Part shown: positions 55,258 through 64,000 of the stretch, piece after piece
Numbering within the stretch: position 1 is the first letter of the stretch
Layout: each line of letters begins with the position of its first letter
Source of the DNA: Gemmatimonadota bacterium
Lineage (GTDB): Bacteria; Gemmatimonadota; Gemmatimonadetes; Gemmatimonadales; Gemmatimonadaceae
Assembly: GCA_023249375.1 (NCBI GenBank)
Contig: JAHFCT010000002.1
Location: forward strand, 60,202-124,201
Length of the DNA stretch: 64,000 nucleotides
Reading direction: 5' to 3'
Program-made: the position numbers and the translations under genes
Notes under the pieces: model-generated
Told to the model about the DNA's origin: nothing
Database searches by the model: none
Seen by the model: the letters and a program-made list of their open reading frames with translations, nothing else

Positions 55258-55695
55258 ATGCCAGACGTACCCGAATCCTCGCCAGCCCAGGCAACCGAAA
55301 CACCACTCCCACCCCGCCCCAGCCTGCTGCGACGGCACTGGGGCAAGATGACACTACTGACGATCGTGTTTGTCCCGCTGATCGGCATGTCGCTCTGGGT
55401 GGGTATCACGCTCACCTACACGTACTCTGACGGCACGCGCACCGGATTCGTCCAGAAGCTTTCGCGCAAGGGATGGCTCTGCAAGACGTGGGAAGGCGAG
55501 CTGGCCATGACCACGGTACCGGGAACCGCGCCGCAGATCTACTCTTTCTCGGTCCGCAGCGACTCCGTGGCGCGCGAGATTGAGAAGATTCAGGGGAGCC
55601 AGGTCACGCTCCACTACAAGGAACACCGCGGCGTTCCGACGAGTTGCTTTGGCGAGACGCAGTACTACGTGGACGGAGTGCGGGGGACGAAGTAA
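55258..55695 (+). CDS. hypothetical N-terminally anchored membrane protein
   Basis: The TM is MTLLTIVFVPLIGMSLWVGITL. It is followed by a compact domain (GFVQKLSRKGWLCKTWEGELAM ... HYKEHRGVPTSCFGETQYYVDGV). No family is assigned. The start was set to the ATG at 55258. Confidence 0.55.
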   Translation: MPDVPESSPAQATETPLPPRPSLLRRHWGKMTLLTIVFVPLIGMSLWVGITLTYTYSDGTRTGFVQKLSRKGWLCKTWEGELAMTTVPGTAPQIYSFSVRSDSVAREIEKIQGSQVTLHYKEHRGVPTSCFGETQYYVDGVRGTK

Positions 55696-55700
55696 AGCGG

Positions 55701-56543
55701 ATGCCTTACACCAACTGCAACGCATGCGGCGCCAAGGCGCTGGTCGGTGCCACGCGCTGCCCGCGGTGCCAGGCGCCCTTTGTTTCGTACGACATCAAGG
55801 GCGAACGTGTCCCCACGGTCAATTGCCCCAACTGCGGCGTGCAGCGGCCCGTCGCCATAGGCGTCTGTCCGAACTGTCTCACTTCGACCGCGCCGGCTGG
55901 AGCGCGGCTGACGCGCGGACTAGTCGTGATTGGTCTCGGCATCGCCTTGATCATGGCGGTGGGCTATGTCATCTCGCGTCGCGTTGATCGCGCCAATGGT
56001 GCCGCTCGCGCCGCCAGCACGACCGCTGCCTTGAATGCCGCCGCGGAACCAATCGTGTCGCGGGACTCAGCGACACGCGACACCGCAGACTCGGGATCCC
56101 TTGCGACGGCGACTCGTCCTGTCGTCACCGCACCGGCCATCACGCCAGACGCCGCAGCGCCAATACAGCACGCGCCCTCTGCACCGGCAGCGCGTGCGCC
56201 AACCGCCACTCCAGTCACGTCAGCGCCGGTGCGTCCGCCGAGTGGTGCTCCGCCCGCAACGCACATGGCGGTCATCGACCCGGCCACAATTCCACCGAAG
56301 CCAGCTCCTCCTCCGAAGATCGCCGTTCCTGACACCGGAGTTTGGGAGTTTGCGGTCGCCAACACCTGGGTCCGCGTGCGCTCGGCACCGAGCCGTGAGA
56401 GCGAGATGCTGCGCATGGTTGACTCGGCGCAGCGGGTACGGCTTGGCCCACCGCAAAGCGGTTGGCGCCCTGTGCGCGTGGGAGTCGACCGTGGCTGGGT
56501 CGACCCGCGGCTCTTCACCGTGGTTCCGGCGCCGCGTCCGTAG
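55701..56543 (+). CDS. double zinc-ribbon / TM / Pro-Ala linker / SH3b-like domain protein
   Basis: MPYTNCNACGAKALVGATRCPRCQ and CPNCGVQRPVAIGVCPNCL provide four CxxC pairs. The TM is VVIGLGIALIMAVGYVI. The C-terminus is SH3-like (WVRVRSAPSRESEMLRMVDSAQRVRL..GWRPVRV). Confidence 0.6.
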   Translation: MPYTNCNACGAKALVGATRCPRCQAPFVSYDIKGERVPTVNCPNCGVQRPVAIGVCPNCLTSTAPAGARLTRGLVVIGLGIALIMAVGYVISRRVDRANGAARAASTTAALNAAAEPIVSRDSATRDTADSGSLATATRPVVTAPAITPDAAAPIQHAPSAPAARAPTATPVTSAPVRPPSGAPPATHMAVIDPATIPPKPAPPPKIAVPDTGVWEFAVANTWVRVRSAPSRESEMLRMVDSAQRVRLGPPQSGWRPVRVGVDRGWVDPRLFTVVPAPRP

Positions 56544-56548
56544 GGACG

Positions 56549-59206
<2,658 letters not shown>

Positions 59207-59331
59207 TGGGAGAGTGGCGAGGGTGGGCGTCTAACTTCCGGAAGGAGCCAGCGTAGGGCAACTGGAAAGTGAGGGAGGGGGGTGCCCTTGCTAATTCACG
59301 GATAATTCGTACGTTCAGTGTGATGCGATCT

Positions 59332-59360
59332 AGAGACCTGGTTCGTCCGGGTCTCTTTTT
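59332..59360 (+). terminator. intrinsic-terminator-like hairpin plus T tract in the csp upstream region
   Basis: AGAGACCTGG (59332-59341) pairs with CCGGGTCTCT (59347-59356) as a 10-bp stem with one G-U pair and the loop TTCGT. TTTT follows at 59357-59360. No plus-strand gene lies upstream. Confidence 0.55.
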
Positions 59361-59464
59361 CGTGCCAGCCCAGCGCGGGGGGCTCCAGTGGTCCCGTGTA
59401 CAGTTACGATCCGCTTCGACTCAGGACAGGCCTGAGCTAGCGATCAAGAAAACAGGAGCAGGGA

Positions 59465-59677
59465 ATGCGTACGACCGGCAAAGTGAAGTGGTTCAATGAT
59501 GCGAAGGGCTTTGGTTTCATTACTCCCGACAACGGAACCAAGGACTGCTTCGTGCACTACAGCGCCATCCAAGGTTCGGGCTTCAAGTCGCTCGCCGAAG
59601 GCGACGCGGTTGAGTTCGAAATCGTGCAGGGCGCGAAGGGCCCGGCCGCTGAGAACGTCACCAAGGTCAACGGCTAA
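59465..59677 (+). CDS. cold-shock protein, CspA family (second copy)
   Basis: The sequence is [40 protein letters not shown] lies upstream of the start. Confidence 0.93.
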   Translation: MRTTGKVKWFNDAKGFGFITPDNGTKDCFVHYSAIQGSGFKSLAEGDAVEFEIVQGAKGPAAENVTKVNG

Positions 59678-59704
59678 GCTTCGCTAGGCTGGTTGTCCGA
59701 CAGG

Positions 59705-59732
59705 GAAGGGCCCCGGGAGACCGGGGCCCTTC
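59705..59732 (+). terminator. rho-independent terminator of the second csp gene
   Basis: GAAGGGCCCCGG (59705-59716), a GAGA loop and CCGGGGCCCTTC (59721-59732) form a perfect 12-bp GC-rich stem. It is followed by TTGTCTTC. Confidence 0.7.
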
Positions 59733-59753
59733 TTGTCTTCGTTCGCAGCGGCG

Positions 59754-60170
59754 TCAGCCACTCGAGCCTTGATTACCATCGACTGCATCCCACTCCTTGG
59801 AGGGTGGCCGGCCGCGACGCGGCGGGATGACATGTTCAATCGCTTCCGTCAGCTTGGCATGCAGATCGCGGCGGATGCGTTCGAGGTCGACGTGTATTGC
59901 CAAATGACCAGCTGGCGAAGAAATGACCCCTTCACGCGAACTCAGTGCTTCTTCGGCCAAGAGCAGCGCAGTCGGTGTCGGTATTGAGTAGTCGCGGGTG
60001 AGATCGATGGCTAGGGCGACCTGTTCGATGCTCGCCATAGAGAGGCGACGAGCAATCCCCTGTCGTCCTCGTTCGAATCCACGAATGGGGTATCGCGAGA
60101 GGATGTTGTCGAGGTCTTTCTTGGCTATTCCAAGAGCGAAAGCGGCGGTGCCAGAGGTTACGGCGCGCAT
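59754..60170 (-). CDS. hypothetical protein with possible N-terminal HTH; atypical codon usage
   Basis: A 138-aa ORF lies behind a perfect TATAAT on the minus strand, inside an AT-rich spacer. It uses several codons that are rare in neighbouring genes (ATA x3, CGA x3, GGA, CTA, TCT, GTA). The HTH-like segment is TAAFALGIAKKDLDNILSRY. Confidence 0.5.
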   Translation of the reverse strand: MRAVTSGTAAFALGIAKKDLDNILSRYPIRGFERGRQGIARRLSMASIEQVALAIDLTRDYSIPTPTALLLAEEALSSREGVISSPAGHLAIHVDLERIRRDLHAKLTEAIEHVIPPRRGRPPSKEWDAVDGNQGSSG

Positions 60171-60336
60171 TTAAAGATTTTCTAAAATGATTATAAACAA
60201 AACTCGCGCGAGTCTGATAAATAGCTGCGCCTGTAACAGATTGTCAAGAAGCAATTAAAGCGACACATAAAAACAAATGGCTACAGGTACGTAGTGTGTC
60301 GTACTCTTCTGGCAGAGTCCACTCCAGAAATCAATG

Positions 60337-60374
60337 AAGACGGCACCAAGGAACATCCGTGGTGCCGTCTTTTT
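60337..60374. terminator. hairpin with plus-strand T5 tract between the AT-rich spacer and the argH 3' end
   Basis: AAGACGGCACC (60337-60347) pairs with GGTGCCGTCTT (60361-60371) as an 11-bp stem with a 13-nt loop. The plus strand continues TTTTCG. The minus strand continues CATTGATTTCT, so it may also terminate argH. Confidence 0.6.
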
Positions 60375-60452
60375 CGCTCGGCTAGCTACAAACTGTCACT
60401 CGAAGTCGGGGATGATCCGCCGATTCAGCTGCGTGTGCGTGTCTCGGATCCG

Positions 60453-61853
60453 CTAGTCTTGGATCAGGGCCTTCGCCGCAGCAATCTGGCGTCTGACCGC
60501 CTCAGGGCCGGTTCCCCCATCCAAATTACGGTGACCGAGCGATGTGTTCGGGGACAGCTCATCCATCACATCTGGCTCAAACGCCGCGTTCGCGGACTTG
60601 AACGAGGCGAACGGAAGAGCCGTCATTTCGACACCCTTCTCCTCCGCCTCGCGGACGAGCTGTCCCACGGCTCCGTGCGCCTCACGGAAAGTCACCCGCT
60701 TTCGCACGAGATAATCTGCGAGGTCCGTCGCCATCATGGAGCTCGTTACGGCGGCCTTCATCCGATCGCGGTTGAACGAGAGCGTGGCGAGCGACCCCGT
60801 CACTGCCGGCAGCAATAGCGACGTCCCATCGACGGCGTCAAACAGACTTCGCTTGTCCTCCTGAAGATCCTTGTTGTATCCGCTGGGGAGCCCCTTGAGC
60901 GTACCCAACAACGCGACGAGATCGCCAAGCATGCGCGCTCCACTGCCGCGTGCGAGCTCCAGCGCATCGGGATTCCGTTTCTGCGGCATCATGGAAGAGC
61001 CCGTGCTGTACGCGTCTCCAAAGCGAACAAAGGCAAACTCGCTGGACCCAAACAGAATTAGGTCCTCTGCCAGGCGCGACAGATGCGCGCCGAGTACGGC
61101 GAGCGCAAATAGCGTTTCGGCGATGAAGTCGCGATCGCCGACGGCGTCGATGCTATTGTGCGAGATCGCCTGAAAACCAAGGGCGTCCTTGATCGCGCGG
61201 CGATCGACGGGAAATGCGGATCCGGCAATCGCACCAGAGCCCAGCGGGAGCACGCTCGCGGCCGTGGCCGCCGCGGAGAGGCGCTGACGGTCGCGCGCAA
61301 TGGGCCAGAAGTGGGACAGCATCCAGTGCGCGCCGCTCACCGGCTGCGCCCGCTGCAAATGCGTGTAAGCCGGCATGATGTCGCGCTCGAGCGACTCGGC
61401 CTGTACGATCATCGTCTGTTGCAAGTCAGCCAGCATCGCGTCGAGCTTCGTGCAGGCGTCAATGGTCCACAGCCGAGTAGCCGTTGCCACCTGATCGTTG
61501 CGCGACCGTCCCGTGTGCAACCGAGATGCCACGCCGCCAACGACATCGTGCAGCAGACGGTCGATAATCGTGTGCACATCTTCGTCACCGGCTTCCGGCC
61601 GGGCACCGGCGGCGATGCGACGACCCACTTCCTCCAAACCGCGCACCATCTCGTTGACTTCATCATCGGCAAGGACACCCGCCGCCCCGAGCGCGCTCGC
61701 CCACGCCTTGGAGAGCGCAACGTCGAAAGGCCACAGCCGGAAATCGACGTCCACTGACCGATTGACCGCTTCGAGCTCCGGTGCGGGGCCTCCGGCGAAG
61801 CGTCCACCCCAGAGCTTATGCGATTTGGTACCGCCTGATTTGGTATCGGACAT
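60453..61853 (-). CDS. argH: argininosuccinate lyase
   Basis: The N-terminus is LWGGRFAGGP and the fumarate-lyase signature is GSSMMPQKRNPD. Confidence 0.95.
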   Translation of the reverse strand: MSDTKSGGTKSHKLWGGRFAGGPAPELEAVNRSVDVDFRLWPFDVALSKAWASALGAAGVLADDEVNEMVRGLEEVGRRIAAGARPEAGDEDVHTIIDRLLHDVVGGVASRLHTGRSRNDQVATATRLWTIDACTKLDAMLADLQQTMIVQAESLERDIMPAYTHLQRAQPVSGAHWMLSHFWPIARDRQRLSAAATAASVLPLGSGAIAGSAFPVDRRAIKDALGFQAISHNSIDAVGDRDFIAETLFALAVLGAHLSRLAEDLILFGSSEFAFVRFGDAYSTGSSMMPQKRNPDALELARGSGARMLGDLVALLGTLKGLPSGYNKDLQEDKRSLFDAVDGTSLLLPAVTGSLATLSFNRDRMKAAVTSSMMATDLADYLVRKRVTFREAHGAVGQLVREAEEKGVEMTALPFASFKSANAAFEPDVMDELSPNTSLGHRNLDGGTGPEAVRRQIAAAKALIQD

Positions 61854-61897
61854 GGCAATGCCGTGATAATCGGTGGATCAAAGGGAGGCAACAGAAA

Positions 61898-61913
61898 CTA
61901 CATATTTATGCGG
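61898..61913. promoter_or_regulatory. ARG-box-like AT-rich palindromic element upstream of argH
   Basis: The minus strand reads CCGCATAAATATGTAG, with CATA/TATG arms. It sits in the argR-argH spacer. The resemblance to TGCAT-type ARG boxes is only partial. Confidence 0.3.
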
Positions 61914-61963
61914 TTCAAGGCAATCAACAGGGACGAGGCGTATCGGCTGACGTCGCGCTCAGG

Positions 61964-62422
61964 TCAGCGTCCCGCGAGCGTCAGGAGGCGTCGAGAGACC
62001 CGATCTCGAGCCGCCTCGCTGCGGCAGATGAGCAAGACCGTATTTTCGCCGGCAATCGTGCCCACAATATCAGGGTCCGCTTCGGCATCGATAGCCTCGG
62101 CGATTGGCTGCGCGCCGGCAGAGAAGGTCTTGACGACGATGAGCTCGCGAGTGAACTCCAGTTTCTGAAAAAGCTGCGGGAGCAAACTGGAAAGCACCGC
62201 CCGCCCTTCCTCTCCGGAATGTTCACCGGCGGTGTAGCGCACACCGCTCGGCGTTGGCACACGCGCAATGCGCAGGTCGCGCATGTCGCGGGACAGCGTC
62301 GACTGGGTAACTTCCCAGCCGCGTTCTATCAGCAGCTGCCGGAGCTCCTCCTGGCTGCCGATGGCGCGCGTGGAGACCAGCTCGAGAATGGCGTCTTGGC
62401 GTTTACGTTTTGCGGCGGTCAC
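61964..62422 (-). CDS. argR: arginine repressor
   Basis: The start is proposed at the GTG at 62420-62422, preceded by AAGGA. This gives a 152-aa protein VTAAKRKRQDAILELVSTRAIGSQEELRQLLIERGWEVTQSTLSRDMRDL... The track ORF over-extends by 57 codons. Confidence 0.85.
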   Translation of the reverse strand: MTAAKRKRQDAILELVSTRAIGSQEELRQLLIERGWEVTQSTLSRDMRDLRIARVPTPSGVRYTAGEHSGEEGRAVLSSLLPQLFQKLEFTRELIVVKTFSAGAQPIAEAIDAEADPDIVGTIAGENTVLLICRSEAARDRVSRRLLTLAGR

Positions 62423-62502
62423 GGGAGTCCTTGATGGCTTCGAGAGGATAGCATGGGCCGACGAAGTCCGTAAGCCGGATTGACTTTTCGCTATCGCAAT
62501 AT

Positions 62503-62522
62503 TATGCATCATTTTGTGCATA
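62503..62522. promoter_or_regulatory. candidate ArgR operator in the argR-argC divergent region
   Basis: TATGCATCATTTTGTGCATA has TATGCA and TGCATA inverted arms and two TGCAT copies 12 nt apart. It lies in a locally AT-rich patch that overlaps the argC start region. Confidence 0.35.
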
Positions 62523-63478
62523 AGATACCAGTAGGTGTACTCGGCGCCAGTGGCTATGCTGGGCGCGAACTCTGTGCGCTGGTGCAACGGCACCCGCGCC
62601 TCGAACTTGCCTTTGCCACCGCAAACGGACGACGCGGTGAAACGGCCGAGTTGCCGGGCGGCGGCACCGTGACGTTTGCTGCGCCCGACGACGTTCCCCT
62701 TTCAAGCGCGGCGCTGGTATTCAGTGCGTTGCCGCATGGCACCAGCGCCGAATGGGTGCAGCGCACACGCGATGCGGGTGCGCGCGCCATCGATCTGTCT
62801 GCCGATCTACGCATCGGGAACACCGAAGCAGATGTCGTCTACGGCCTCACCGAGGCGCGGCGCGAGGCCGTGCGTGGTGCCGAACTCGTCGCCAACCCCG
62901 GCTGCTATCCGACGAGCATTCTGATGGGACTCCTGCCGTTGCTCGAGGAGCGTCGGATTGCCACCGGCGCCACGATCAGCGTGAGCGCGGCCAGTGGTGT
63001 CACGGGCGCCGGAATGACGCCACGCGCGGACTTGCTGTTCGGCGAAGTGACCGAGAACTTTCGAGCATACGGCATCGGCAACACGCATCGTCATCTCAAC
63101 GAGATGCGCGCCTTTGCGTTGGAGGAAGGCATTGACGCCGACCTTGTCTTCACGCCGCACCTGCTGCCAACCGCGCGCGGAATTTTGGCCACGATGACGG
63201 TGCCGCTTTCCGCGCCTATCGAAGATCCGCTTGGGTTGTGGCAGCGTCGTTTCCACAACGAGCGTTTTGTGGAGATCGTGAAGACGCCTCCGGAAACACG
63301 GCACGTCGCGCACCGCAACGTAGTGCGCATCACCGTGACCACGCTGGCGCACGTGCGACAGCCGACGCTGCTGGTGCTGTCGGCCATCGACAATCTGATG
63401 AAAGGCGCGGCTGGCCAAGCGTTGCAGAATGCCAACTTGATGCTCGGCCTCGATGAGGCGATGGGGCTTCCGACGTGA
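62504..63478 (+). CDS. argC: N-acetyl-gamma-glutamyl-phosphate reductase
   Basis: IPVGVLGASGYAGREL (NAD-binding) and the active-site motif NPGCYPTS are present. The start is ambiguous: ATG at 62504, GTG at 62516, or the track TTG at 62480. Confidence 0.88.
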   Translation: MHHFVHKIPVGVLGASGYAGRELCALVQRHPRLELAFATANGRRGETAELPGGGTVTFAAPDDVPLSSAALVFSALPHGTSAEWVQRTRDAGARAIDLSADLRIGNTEADVVYGLTEARREAVRGAELVANPGCYPTSILMGLLPLLEERRIATGATISVSAASGVTGAGMTPRADLLFGEVTENFRAYGIGNTHRHLNEMRAFALEEGIDADLVFTPHLLPTARGILATMTVPLSAPIEDPLGLWQRRFHNERFVEIVKTPPETRHVAHRNVVRITVTTLAHVRQPTLLVLSAIDNLMKGAAGQALQNANLMLGLDEAMGLPT

Positions 63479-64000
63479 GGCGCGTGGTGAAGATCGGCGG
63501 GCGCGCACAGGGCGATGCGCAACTCATCGTGCAGCTCGCCGCCGCCACAGGCCGCGGGGAATCACTGGTAATCGTGCATGGCGGCGGTGACGAAGTGTCG
63601 GCGCTACAGCGGCGGCTTGGGCTCGAGCCACAGTTCCGCGGCGGCCGCCGCGTGACGAGCGTCGAGGACCTGGAACTCGTGCGCATGGTTCTTTCGGGCG
63701 CGACGAACAAGCGGCTCGTCGCGCAATTACTGAGTGCCGGGGTGCGCGCGGTCGGGATTTCGGGCGAAGACGCCGCGATGCTCACTGCGCATGTCACCGA
63801 TCCGGAGTTCGGACGCGTCGGTGGCGCGATGACGGCGCACGCGGTACTGCTGACGCACCTGTGGAGCGGCGGCTTCATTCCCGTCGTCTCGCCGGTGGGG
63901 AGAGACGCCGATGATCCGCACGGCGGCGGGCTCAACGTGAATGGCGACGATGCCGCAGCCGCCGTTGCGGCAGCGCTTGGCGCGGACGAACTGCTGCTGG
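63475..64000 (+). CDS. argB: acetylglutamate kinase, N-terminal part (runs off the right edge)
   Basis: The GTG at 63475 overlaps the argC TGA (GTGA). Hand translation gives VRRVVKIGGRAQGD...LVIVHGGGDEVS...GGRRVTS...GISGEDAAML...PVVSPVG...LNVNGDDAAAAVAAALGADELLL. It is not in the ORF track because it leaves the window. Confidence 0.88.
   Translation, partial: MRRVVKIGGRAQGDAQLIVQLAAATGRGESLVIVHGGGDEVSALQRRLGLEPQFRGGRRVTSVEDLELVRMVLSGATNKRLVAQLLSAGVRAVGISGEDAAMLTAHVTDPEFGRVGGAMTAHAVLLTHLWSGGFIPVVSPVGRDADDPHGGGLNVNGDDAAAAVAAALGADELLL

Noticed and set aside
60294-60818. A 174-aa plus-strand ORF starting in the AT-rich spacer.
   Set aside because: It reads through a strong terminator hairpin and then runs antisense to argH. 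It has no protein-like features.

Overview
This window is a high-GC bacterial chromosome segment around the replication origin. It consists almost entirely of housekeeping genes. On the minus strand at the left edge lie yidC (partial), yidD, rnpA and rpmH. They are followed by dnaA and dnaN with DnaA-box-like 9-mers in both flanking spacers. The RNase P RNA gene (rnpB) sits at about 5233-5609 on the minus strand and is hidden under several spurious ORFs in the track. Further genes include pyrE, polA, two cspA-family genes and an orphan type IV pilin with a sigma-54-type promoter. There is a five-gene BMP-family ABC transporter operon with a Nif3-family gene embedded in it. A parS-parA-parB unit is translationally coupled to a membrane coiled-coil protein and followed by a bactofilin. 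The rest includes mnmG, deaD, tag, murB, an M16 peptidase pair, hisA plus an IMPase-family gene, a cupredoxin, ispG, pepN and an arginine cluster (argH, argR, and divergent argC-argB, with argB partial at the right edge). I found no rRNA, tRNA, CRISPR array, transposase or recognisable defence system. Many track ORFs are antisense shadow ORFs typical of high-GC DNA, and many true genes start downstream of the track start. I re-set those starts from signal peptides, Shine-Dalgarno sequences and family N-termini. The most unusual items are listed below.
- The parB-coupled membrane protein plus bactofilin module.
- An intrinsic-terminator-like hairpin in the leader of the second csp gene.
- An orphan plus-strand terminator, possibly marking a small RNA, beside a gene with atypical codon usage.
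- A polysaccharide co-polymerase / BY-kinase-like protein with degenerate Walker motifs.

None of these is proven novel. All calls rest on reading the sequence by eye, and no searches were run.
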